Source of the DNA: Anaerolineae bacterium
GTDB lineage: Bacteria > Chloroflexota > Anaerolineae > DSLN01
Assembly: GCA_034432795.1 (NCBI GenBank)
Contig: DAOUBF010000078.1
Span: 7,551-31,550 of the forward strand
DNA length: 24,000 nt
Direction of reading: 5' to 3'
Made by a program: the position numbers and the translations under genes. The notes under the pieces are model-generated. The model saw nothing but the letters and a program-made list of their open reading frames with translations. It ran no database searches and was not told where the DNA came from. Shown in pieces: positions 14,240 to 22,006 of this stretch (position 1 is the first letter of the stretch; each line of letters begins with the position of its first letter).

Positions 14240-15049
14240 ATGGCCCTTTCCCGCTACCAGGGTACCGGCCAGTTCGGCCTCGCATACCAGATCATGCTGG
14301 AAAACGACCCCCACGCGCCCGGTTCCGTGGACCGCATGTTGATGGAGCGCATGATCAGGCTCTGCCCCGAAACCGCCCCTTATCTTTATACAGAGTACAC
14401 CCCCACTCAAGTGCGTTACGAAAAAGGTTCGCGGCCTGAGATAGAACGCACTGTTGGAGCGGCGATTTCAGGATGTAGATCGGATGAAGAACGGCTGGAG
14501 GGCCTGGTCACATTCACTTCCAGCCTGGGAGAAGCCGCCGACCAGGCCCTGGATGCGCTGCGGGTGGGCGGGACCGAGGAGGAGATCATCGCCCGCGGCT
14601 CAGATTGGTGCGCTGATGTCGCACGTGTCGGGTGCGTTCTGTGTCAGGTCGCAGGGTTCCCGGCACGGCTTGTCTATCTGGCCGACACACAGCGGGCATA
14701 CAGCGGGCACGTCATCATAGAGGTCTATCGCAGGGGCGCATGGGGCGCTGCCGACCCGGCAACTGCTGTCGTCTATCGTCACCCAGACGGCAGACCCGCC
14801 TCCACCTGGGATCTGATGAACCAGCCACATCTGATCCAGGCCCATTGGCGGGGCGCCGCCACGCCATACACGACGGTAGAGCAGTTCAGAAGTGCCGCGA
14901 TCTCAAATTACTTTGTTTCCGACCGGCAGAACTACGATTACACCATCAGCCCGATCAACGCTTACTATCGCGCCATCCTTGAAATGTCCCATCAGGGATG
15001 GCCCGGCGGACTGCGATGGCTTCATGGTGAGGACATAGGAAGGTACTAA
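14240..15049 (+). CDS. Transglutaminase-like (Cys-His-Asp papain-fold) domain protein of unknown role
   Basis: The core GSDWCADVARVGCVLCQVAGFPARLVYL...YSGHVIIEVYRRGAWGAADPATAV matches the transglutaminase-like C...H...D arrangement. The start is uncertain: the ATG at 14240 has AGGGGAG 6 nt upstream, an alternative ATG lies at 14219, and the GTG at 14195 lies inside the hairpin. Confidence 0.72.
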   Translation: MALSRYQGTGQFGLAYQIMLENDPHAPGSVDRMLMERMIRLCPETAPYLYTEYTPTQVRYEKGSRPEIERTVGAAISGCRSDEERLEGLVTFTSSLGEAADQALDALRVGGTEEEIIARGSDWCADVARVGCVLCQVAGFPARLVYLADTQRAYSGHVIIEVYRRGAWGAADPATAVVYRHPDGRPASTWDLMNQPHLIQAHWRGAATPYTTVEQFRSAAISNYFVSDRQNYDYTISPINAYYRAILEMSHQGWPGGLRWLHGEDIGRY

Positions 15050-15085
15050 CGGATTAGCCTTGTGGTTACTGAAAGCGGGGCAACG

Positions 15086-18000
15086 ATGACGGGGAATGGA
15101 CATCCTCCTGCGGCAAGCGATACGCCTATCGGGGCCGTGATGGTCGTCGGGGGCGGCATCGGCGGGATGCAGGCGTCGCTGGACCTGGCCGAGGCCGGCT
15201 TTAAGGTCACTCTGGTAGAATCTAAGTCGGCCATCGGCGGCCACATGGCCCAGCTTGATAAAACCTTCCCCACCAACGACTGCGCCATGTGCACCCTGGC
15301 GCCGCGGCTGGTGGAGACGGGGCGCCACCTGAACATTGACATCCTGACCGATACCGAGGTGGTCTCGGTGGATGGCGAAGTCGGCCACTTCAGGGTGACC
15401 TTACGGCGCAAGCCGCGCTACATTGACGTGACCAAGTGCGTCGGCTGTGGCGATTGTGCCAAGGTGTGCCCGGTGGTCATCCCCAGCCATTTTGACGAGG
15501 GCCTGACCGTCCAGCGTGCCGCACACCGCCTGTACCCGCAGGCCATCCCTGCCGCCTATGCCATTGAAAAGCGCGGTATTGCCCCCTGCCGCGATGCCTG
15601 CCCTGCGGGCCAGCGCGCCCAGGGCTACATCGCCCTCATCCGCGAGGGCCGCTATGAGGAGGCCCTGCGCGTCATCAAAGAGGACAACCCCTTCCCCGGT
15701 ATCTGCGGGCGCATCTGTAACCACCGTTGCGAGACCGCCTGCAATCGCGGCCTGGTGGACGAGCCGATCAACATCCGGGCGCTGAAGCGCTTTGTCACGG
15801 ACAAAGTCTATGCCAGACCGCGCGTCCCCCAAGCGCCCGCCGAGCGCAAATACCCGGAGCGTGTCGCCATCATTGGCGCCGGCCCCTGCGGTCTGACCGC
15901 CGCGCAGGACCTGTGCAAGCTGGGCTACGGCGTGACCGTGTTTGAGGCGCTGCCGGTGGCGGGCGGTATGCTGCGCGTGGGCGTGCCGGAGTTCCGCCTG
16001 CCCACCGAGATCATTGAGCGCGAGGTCCAGGACATCCTGGACCTGGGCGTGGAGTTGCGCCTGAACACGCCTGTCACCAACCTGGACGATGTGTTCGCCC
16101 AGGGCTTCAACGCCGTCCTGATCGCCGTCGGCGCCCACGAGGGCAAGAAGCTGCCCATCCCCGGCGCCGACCTGCCGGAGGTGCTGGTCAGCACGCAATT
16201 CCTCAAGGACGTCCGCCTGTCCGACCTGGGCGCGGGCGCCGATCCCCGCCCTCTGATCGCAGGTCGCCGCGTCCTTGTCCTGGGCGGCGGCAACGTGGCC
16301 ATAGATTGCGCCCGCACGGCGGTGCGCCTGGGCGCCGCCGAGGTCGCCCTGGCCTGTCTGGAATCGCGGGAGACCATGCCCGCGCACGCCAGCGAGGTCG
16401 CCGAGGCCGAAGCCGAGGGCGTGAAGCTCTACCCCTCCCGCTCCTTCAAACGCATCCTGGACCAGGACGGGCATGTGGCGGGCGTGGAGTGCCTGGACGT
16501 GACCTTTATGCAGTTTGATGAAGAAGGCCGGTTGACGCTGGAGACCCGCCCGGACAGCGAGCATGTGATCCCCTGCGACACGGTGATCTTCGCCATCGGC
16601 CAGCGCGTGGGCCTGGCCTTCATCCCCGAAAGCGCTGGCGTGGGCATCACCCGCCGGGCGACCATCGCCGTGAATCCCAATACCTACGCCGCCACCCGTC
16701 CGGGCGTGTTCGCCGCCGGTGACGCCACTACCGGCACCGCCTTCGTGATTGAGGCGGTGGCGGCAGGCCACAAGGTGGCCCAAAGCATCCACCGCTACCT
16801 GCGCGGCGAGGACCTGGAGCCGAAGCCGAAGCCTGACCTGCCTGTGGTGAAACTGAGCCGCGAGGAGGTCGCCGAGAAGCTGGCCCGCGGCGAGATCAAG
16901 GTGACGCCGCGCGTGCCCATGCGGGCGCGGACGCCGGCGGAGCGCATCGGCTCCTTCGCCGAGGTGGATCTGGGCTACAGCGATGAAGAGGCCCAGGCCG
17001 AGGCCGCGCGTTGCCTGGCCTGCGGCGTGTGCTCGGAATGCCTGTCCTGCGTGACCGTGTGCAAGGCCAACGCCATTGACCACGACATGGTGGAGCGCAT
17101 AGAGACGGTGGAGGTGGGCGCGATCATCCTGGCCCCCGGCTACCAGGTGTATAACGCCAGACTCTCGCAGGAGTTCGGGCTGGGCCGCTATCCCAATGTC
17201 GTCACCGCGCTGCAATTTGAGCGCCTGCTCTCCGCCTCCGGCCCCACCGGCGGGCATGTCCAACGCCCCTCCGATGGCGCCCGCCCCAGGCGCATCGCCT
17301 TCCTGCAATGTGTCGGCAGCCGCGACCAGACGCACGACTACTGCTCGGCAGTGTGCTGCATGTACGCCGCCAAAGAAGCCATCATGGCCAAGGAGCACGC
17401 GCCCGATACCGAGGTCACCATCTTTATGATGGACGTGCGGGCATTCAGTAAGGGCTACGAAGAGTATTACCGCCGCGCTGAGAAACGCTATGGCGTGAAA
17501 TACGTCCGCTGCCGCATCTCGGCGGTGCGCGAAGACCCCCTGACCCGAAACCTGATCGTGCGCACCTGGTCAGGCGACGACGGGCAACTCGTGGAGGCCG
17601 AGTTTGACCTGGTCGTGCTCTCTGTGGGCATGGAGGTCTCCGACTCCGTGAAGCGGCTGGCGCGTGACCTGAGGATTGAACTGGACCCCTATGGCTTCTG
17701 CCACACTACGCTGTTTGACCCGCTGCAGACCAGCCGCCCCGGCATCTACGTCGCCGGCCCCTTCCACGAGCCGAAGGACATCCCGGAGACCGTCATTGAG
17801 GCGTCCGGCGCCGCAGCCGCCGCAGCGCGCCATCTGGCCCCGGCGCGGCATACGCTCACCCGCCGCCGTGAGTACCCGCCGGAGCGCGATGTGACCGGCG
17901 AGGCGCCGCGCATTGGGGTGTTCGTATGCCATTGTGGGACGAACATCGGCGGCTATCTGGATGTGCCTGGCGTGGCCGAGTACGCCCGCTCACTCCCCGG

Positions 18001-19651
18001 CGTCGTCCACGCCGAGGACAACCTGTACACCTGCTCGCAGGACAGCATCAAGCAGATCATCGCCCGCATCCAGGAACTCGGCCTCAACTGCGTGGTGGTG
18101 GCCTCATGCAGCCCGCGCACGCATGAACCGCTGTTCCAGGACGCCCTGCGCCAGGCCGGGCTGAATCCCTACCTGCTTGAGATGGCTAACATCCGCAACC
18201 AGTGCTCCTGGGTGCATTCGGACGACTGGGAGGTGGCGACCGAGAAAGCCAAAGCCCTGGTGCGCATGGCGGTGGCGCGGGCGGCCACCTTGGAGCCGCT
18301 CACCCCGATTGAAACGCGGGTGACTCAGGCGGCCCTGGTCATCGGTGGCGGCGTGGCCGGGATGACCGCCGCCCTGACGCTGGCCGACCAGGGCTATCCG
18401 GTGCATCTGGTGGAGCGCAGCCCAGAGCTGGGCGGCAACCTGCGCCACATCACCGCCCTTCAGGATGGGAGCGACCCCCAGGCTTACCTGCGCGACCTGA
18501 TCGCCAGGGTCAGCGCCCACCCGTTGATTCAAATACACACCCGCTCGGCGCTGGTGGACACGAACGGCTTCGTCGGCAATTTCACCAGCCGGCTGCGCGC
18601 TACCGACGGCAGCGAGACCGAGGTGGAGCACGGTGTCATCATCGTCGCCAGCGGCGGCCAGGAGTATCGCGGCAACGACTACGGCTACGGCAGCGACCCG
18701 CGCATCCTCACCCAGCAGGAATTTGAATCCAGCTACCTGGCAGGTCGCGGAGACCTGCCAGGTCTGCCCGCATCCGTCGTCATGATCCAGTGCATCGGCC
18801 CGGCGGAGCGCTATTGCAGCCGCATCTGCTGCAGCGTTGCTCTGAAGAATGCCCTGCGGCTGAAGGCCCTACGGCCCGATGCCCACGTTACCATCCTGTA
18901 CAGGGACCTGCGGGTTTACGGCAAGAAAGAGGCCCTGTACACCCAGGCCCGCCAAGCCGGCGTGCTGTTCATCCGCTATGACGACGCCCACCGCCCGGAG
19001 GTGACCGCTGGCGACAGACTGCGCGTGCGCGCCCACGATCCCATCCTGGGCATTGACCTGGAGCTAACGCCTGACCTGCTGGTCCTGAGTATGCCGGTTG
19101 TGCCTGCTGAGGGGGCGCAGGAACTCGCCCACATCCTCAAAGTGCCGGTGGACGCCGACGGCTTCTTCCTGGAAGCGCACGTGAAACTGCGCCCGGTGGA
19201 TTTCGCCTCGGAGGGTATCTTCATGGCCGGCCTGGCCCACTACCCCAAGCTGCTGGACGAGAGCATCGCCCAGGCCCAGGCCGCCGCCGCACGCGCCGCC
19301 ACCATCCTGTCCCACGCCACGCGCCCGGCGGGCGGCAGTGTCGCCCAGGTGGACCCGGCGAAGTGCACCGGCTGCCTGACCTGCGTGCGTCTCTGTCCCT
19401 TTGATGTCCCTGTCATCCGCCCGGACCTGGTGGGCGTGGGGGGGATCGCGGGCGCGGCCTACATTGAACCGGCGCTGTGCCAGGGCTGCGGCATCTGCGC
19501 CAGCGAATGCCCCGCCCAGGCGATCCAGGTGCTGCACTACAAAAACGAGCAGATCGCCATCAAGGTCCGTTCACTGTTTGGGGCGGACCTGACCCCCCAG
19601 CCCCCCGCCCTCTTAGGGAAGGGGCCGGGGGGAGAGGTTCGGACTCCATGA
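15086..19651 (+). CDS. hdrA: Giant HdrA-like flavoprotein: HdrA FAD domain with a nested GltD/NfnB-like NAD(P)H module, then an HdrA N-terminal-type domain, a second degenerate HdrA FAD domain and a C-terminal 2x[4Fe-4S] ferredoxin
   Basis: ORF-track frame 15062-19651. The ATG at 15086 has AGCGGGG upstream. Motifs in order: VVGGGIGGMQASLDLA, GGHMAQLDKTFPTNDCAMC, KCVGCGDCAKVCP; then CRDACPAG...NPFPGICGRICNHRCETACNR, IIGAGPCGL, VLGGGNVAIDCA, AAGDATTG; then CLACGVCSECLSCVTVC, FLQCVGSRDQTHDYCSAVCCMYAAK; then VFVCHCGTNIGGY...ASCSPRTHE...NIRNQCSWVH; then VIGGGVAGMTAAL, CIGPAERYCSRICCS; then CTGCLTCVRLCP, CQGCGICASECP. Confidence 0.9.
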   Translation: MTGNGHPPAASDTPIGAVMVVGGGIGGMQASLDLAEAGFKVTLVESKSAIGGHMAQLDKTFPTNDCAMCTLAPRLVETGRHLNIDILTDTEVVSVDGEVGHFRVTLRRKPRYIDVTKCVGCGDCAKVCPVVIPSHFDEGLTVQRAAHRLYPQAIPAAYAIEKRGIAPCRDACPAGQRAQGYIALIREGRYEEALRVIKEDNPFPGICGRICNHRCETACNRGLVDEPINIRALKRFVTDKVYARPRVPQAPAERKYPERVAIIGAGPCGLTAAQDLCKLGYGVTVFEALPVAGGMLRVGVPEFRLPTEIIEREVQDILDLGVELRLNTPVTNLDDVFAQGFNAVLIAVGAHEGKKLPIPGADLPEVLVSTQFLKDVRLSDLGAGADPRPLIAGRRVLVLGGGNVAIDCARTAVRLGAAEVALACLESRETMPAHASEVAEAEAEGVKLYPSRSFKRILDQDGHVAGVECLDVTFMQFDEEGRLTLETRPDSEHVIPCDTVIFAIGQRVGLAFIPESAGVGITRRATIAVNPNTYAATRPGVFAAGDATTGTAFVIEAVAAGHKVAQSIHRYLRGEDLEPKPKPDLPVVKLSREEVAEKLARGEIKVTPRVPMRARTPAERIGSFAEVDLGYSDEEAQAEAARCLACGVCSECLSCVTVCKANAIDHDMVERIETVEVGAIILAPGYQVYNARLSQEFGLGRYPNVVTALQFERLLSASGPTGGHVQRPSDGARPRRIAFLQCVGSRDQTHDYCSAVCCMYAAKEAIMAKEHAPDTEVTIFMMDVRAFSKGYEEYYRRAEKRYGVKYVRCRISAVREDPLTRNLIVRTWSGDDGQLVEAEFDLVVLSVGMEVSDSVKRLARDLRIELDPYGFCHTTLFDPLQTSRPGIYVAGPFHEPKDIPETVIEASGAAAAAARHLAPARHTLTRRREYPPERDVTGEAPRIGVFVCHCGTNIGGYLDVPGVAEYARSLPGVVHAEDNLYTCSQDSIKQIIARIQELGLNCVVVASCSPRTHEPLFQDALRQAGLNPYLLEMANIRNQCSWVHSDDWEVATEKAKALVRMAVARAATLEPLTPIETRVTQAALVIGGGVAGMTAALTLADQGYPVHLVERSPELGGNLRHITALQDGSDPQAYLRDLIARVSAHPLIQIHTRSALVDTNGFVGNFTSRLRATDGSETEVEHGVIIVASGGQEYRGNDYGYGSDPRILTQQEFESSYLAGRGDLPGLPASVVMIQCIGPAERYCSRICCSVALKNALRLKALRPDAHVTILYRDLRVYGKKEALYTQARQAGVLFIRYDDAHRPEVTAGDRLRVRAHDPILGIDLELTPDLLVLSMPVVPAEGAQELAHILKVPVDADGFFLEAHVKLRPVDFASEGIFMAGLAHYPKLLDESIAQAQAAAARAATILSHATRPAGGSVAQVDPAKCTGCLTCVRLCPFDVPVIRPDLVGVGGIAGAAYIEPALCQGCGICASECPAQAIQVLHYKNEQIAIKVRSLFGADLTPQPPALLGKGPGGEVRTP
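19593..19639. repeat. Possible variant G/C-rich palindromic element embedded in the last codons of hdrA
   Basis: ccccccagccccccgccctcttagggaaggggccggggggagaggtt has a C-rich arm, a short loop and a G-rich arm. It shares CCCTCTT with the 20085-20115 copy. It encodes the tail PQPPALLGKGPGGEV and supplies the GGAGAGG SD for mvhD. Family assignment is weaker than for the other copies. Confidence 0.4.
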
Positions 19652-20172
19652 GCGCTGAGGCATTTGAACCGGAGATCGTGGCCTTCTGCTGCCACTACTG
19701 TGCCTACGGCGCCGCCGACCTGGCCGGCAACCTGCGCATCCAGTACCCGGCCAACGTCAAGATCGTGCGCCTGCCCTGCACCGGCAAGCTGGACGTCTTG
19801 CTCGTGCTGGAGACCCTGGAGGCCGGCGCCGATGGCGTCATGGTCGCGGGCTGTTTGGAGGGGGATTGCCATTTCCGGGAGGGCAACCTGAATGCCAAAC
19901 GGCGCGTGGCCTACGCACGACACCTCCTGCAGCAGATCGGGCTGGAGCCTGAGCGCGTGGAGATGTTCACCCTGTCTTCGGCCATGGGCCGCCAGTTCGC
20001 CGAGGCCGCAACGGAAATGACCGAGCGGATCCGCACACTGGGGCCAAGCCCGTTGAGGAGAGGAACGCATGGAAACATCGGGAACCCCCTCCCCTCTTGC
20101 GGGGGAGGGTTGGGGCAGAGGGCAATGTCACCCCCTCCCCCACAGAGGGGGGAGGGTTGGGGTGGGGGGTGA
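19648..20172 (+). CDS. mvhD: MvhD-like (methyl-viologen-reducing hydrogenase delta subunit family) [2Fe-2S] electron-transfer protein
   Basis: MSAEAFEPEIVAFCCHYCAYGAADLAG...VRLPCTGKLD...GADGVMVAGCLEGDCHFREGN is the MvhD/FlpD family signature. The ATG at 19648 overlaps the hdrA TGA (ATGA). The track's longer start at 19477 lies inside hdrA. The last ~40 aa are encoded by REP-like repeats. Confidence 0.88.
   Translation: MSAEAFEPEIVAFCCHYCAYGAADLAGNLRIQYPANVKIVRLPCTGKLDVLLVLETLEAGADGVMVAGCLEGDCHFREGNLNAKRRVAYARHLLQQIGLEPERVEMFTLSSAMGRQFAEAATEMTERIRTLGPSPLRRGTHGNIGNPLPSCGGGLGQRAMSPPPPQRGEGWGGG
20085..20115. repeat. G/C-rich palindromic REP-like element, short copy
   Basis: ccccctcccctcttgcgggggagggttgggg forms the hairpin CCCCCTCCCC / GGGGGAGGG. 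It shares GGGGGAGGGTTGGGG with the adjacent copy. It lies inside the mvhD 3' end. Confidence 0.75.
20126..20169. repeat. G/C-rich palindromic REP-like element, full copy
   Basis: tgtcaccccctcccccacagaggggggagggttggggtgggggg. Its core is identical to 10391-10414 and its ends match the reverse complement of 10377-10433. It lies inside the mvhD 3' end. Confidence 0.8.
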
Positions 20173-20213
20173 TGACCCGTTGAGTCCCTGTGCCCTGATG
20201 TCGGAGGTCCGGG

Positions 20214-20951
20214 ATGATCGTCGCAGAACAGAAACCGCTGGAAGAGATTAAGGCCATGCTCAACGGCGCGCACAAGGTGCTCGTCGTCGGCTGCGGCACG
20301 TGCGTGACCGTGTGCTTCGCCGGTGGTGCTAAAGAAGCCGCCATCCTGGCGGCCTCCCTGCGCATGGCGACCCGGCTGGACGGCGACCCTAAAGAGGTCA
20401 GCGATGTCACCGTGCAACGCCAGTGCGAATGGGAGTACCTGGATGCGATCCGTGAACGCATCGGCGAGGTAGACGCGGTGCTCTCGCTCGGCTGCGGTGT
20501 CGGCGTGCAGGCCCTGGCCGAGCGCTTCCCCCAGGCCCGCGTGCTGCCGGGGCTGAACACGCTATTCATGGGCCTGCCGCTGGAGCCGGGCGTCTGGGCC
20601 GAGCGTTGCGCCGGCTGCGGCGATTGCATCCTGGATGAGACCTTCGGCATCTGCCCCATTGCCCGCTGCGCCAAGCAGTTGCTCAACGGGCCATGCGGCG
20701 GGGTCCACATCGTGGATGGGCGGGCCAGGTGCGAGCTAAGCCGGGAGACCGATTGTGCCTGGGCGCTGATCGTTGAACGCGCCATGCGTGCCGGGCAACT
20801 GGAGAAGCTATTGCACATTCGCGCCCCCAAGAACTGGGCCACTGCGCGCGATGGCGGCCAGCGCAAAGTTGTGCGCGAAGACCTGCGTCTGCCGGTCCAT
20901 CGGACGGACGATGGACGGCAGACGACGGGCGACGTCAGCGCGCTCCCTTAA
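20214..20951 (+). CDS. metV: MetV (Cys-rich methylene-THF reductase-associated subunit; MTHFR C-terminal-domain-like protein)
   Basis: 245 aa. VLVVGCGTCVTVCFAGG...LSLGCGVGVQ...CAGCGDCILDETFGICPIARCAKQLLNGPCGG fits the MetV-type protein that precedes metF in acetogens. SD GGAGG lies at 20203-20207. The C-terminal ~20 aa are encoded by a degenerate heptamer array. Confidence 0.88.
   Translation: MIVAEQKPLEEIKAMLNGAHKVLVVGCGTCVTVCFAGGAKEAAILAASLRMATRLDGDPKEVSDVTVQRQCEWEYLDAIRERIGEVDAVLSLGCGVGVQALAERFPQARVLPGLNTLFMGLPLEPGVWAERCAGCGDCILDETFGICPIARCAKQLLNGPCGGVHIVDGRARCELSRETDCAWALIVERAMRAGQLEKLLHIRAPKNWATARDGGQRKVVREDLRLPVHRTDDGRQTTGDVSALP
20899..20933 (+). repeat. Degenerate (GGACGAC)n heptamer array in the metV 3' end
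   Basis: ggacgat ggacggc agacgac gggcgac, read from 20906. It has the same unit (rotated) as ACGACGG at 3321-3348. It encodes RTDDGRQTTGD, compared with TTDDGRRTTE in the regulator. Confidence 0.6.
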
Positions 20952-20983
20952 AACTGCCCATCCCCCTGGCCTGAGGTGTCACC

Positions 20984-22006
20984 ATGATGGAAAACAACGG
21001 CTACAAAGTAGGTTCCAATCTGGAACGCGTGCTCCGCGCCGGATACTTCGCCGTCACCGCCGAACTGGGGCCACCCAAGAGCGCCGATGCCCAGATCATC
21101 CGGCGCAAGGCGGCCATCCTGAGGGGCTATGTGGACGCAGCCAACGTGACCGACAACCAGACGGCCATCGTGCGCATGTCCAGTATTGCCGCTTCGGCCC
21201 TGGCCCTTCAGGAAGGGTTGGAGCCGGTAATGCAGATGACCTGCCGCGACCGCAACCGCCTGGCGCAACAATCCGACCTGTTGGGTGCGTATGCGCTGGG
21301 CATCCGCAACTGCCTGTGCCTGACCGGCGACCATCAAAGCTTCGGCAACCACCCCGAAGCCAAGAACGTGTTTGACCTGGACTCCATTGGCCTGATCGCG
21401 ATGGTGAAGGGGCTGCGCGACTTCCACAAATTCCAGTGCGGCGAAGAGATCGCCGAGGGCGCACCGGCGTTCTTCATCGGCGCGGCCGAGAACCCCTTCG
21501 CCCCGCCCTACGAGTGGCGCCCCTTCCGCCTGAGCAAAAAGGTCCAGGCCGGCGCCGACTTCATCCAGACGCAACTCGTTTACAACCTCCCCCGCTTCCG
21601 CGAGTTCATGGCCCGCGTGTGCGACCTGGGCCTGCACGAGCACGTTTACATCCTGGCCGGGGTCGGGCCGATCAAAAGCCCCGCCGCCGCCCGCTACATG
21701 CGCGACCAGGTCCCCGGCCTGGACGTGCCCGATGAGATCGTCGCCCGCATGGAGGCCGCCGGCCGGGGCATTGAGGACAAGAAGGCGCGGGCCCAGGCCT
21801 GGCGACAAACCGGTATAGACATCTGTGTGGAGATCATCCAGCAGGTCCGCGAGATCCCCGGCGTCGCGGGCGTGCACATCATGGCGATTGAATGGGAAGA
21901 GGCCGTGCCCATCATTGTGGAGCGCGCCGGGCTACTGCCGCGCCCCAGCGTGCCTGCGGTGATGGAAGGAGCGCGATCCGATGGCGATCACGGAACTGTC
22001 GCCTGA
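20984..22006 (+). CDS. metF: Methylenetetrahydrofolate reductase (acetogen-type MetF)
   Basis: 340 aa. FAVTAELGPPKSAD...VDAANVTDNQTAIVRMSS...PVMQMTCRDRNRLAQQSDLLGA...LCLTGDH...ADFIQTQLVYN are the conserved MetF TIM-barrel motifs. It follows metV. Confidence 0.92.
   Translation: MMENNGYKVGSNLERVLRAGYFAVTAELGPPKSADAQIIRRKAAILRGYVDAANVTDNQTAIVRMSSIAASALALQEGLEPVMQMTCRDRNRLAQQSDLLGAYALGIRNCLCLTGDHQSFGNHPEAKNVFDLDSIGLIAMVKGLRDFHKFQCGEEIAEGAPAFFIGAAENPFAPPYEWRPFRLSKKVQAGADFIQTQLVYNLPRFREFMARVCDLGLHEHVYILAGVGPIKSPAAARYMRDQVPGLDVPDEIVARMEAAGRGIEDKKARAQAWRQTGIDICVEIIQQVREIPGVAGVHIMAIEWEEAVPIIVERAGLLPRPSVPAVMEGARSDGDHGTVA

Noticed and set aside
19477-19647. N-terminal extension of the mvhD ORF in the track
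   Set aside because: It lies fully inside the hdrA coding sequence in another frame. The conserved MvhD sequence starts at the ATG at 19648, which forms an ATGA junction with the hdrA stop and has its own SD.
15086-19651. Selenocysteine (in-frame TGA) in the HdrA-like protein, as reported for some HdrA/HdrL proteins
   Set aside because: The ORF is uninterrupted by TGA over its whole length, and the expected positions carry Cys codons. There is no evidence for recoding.
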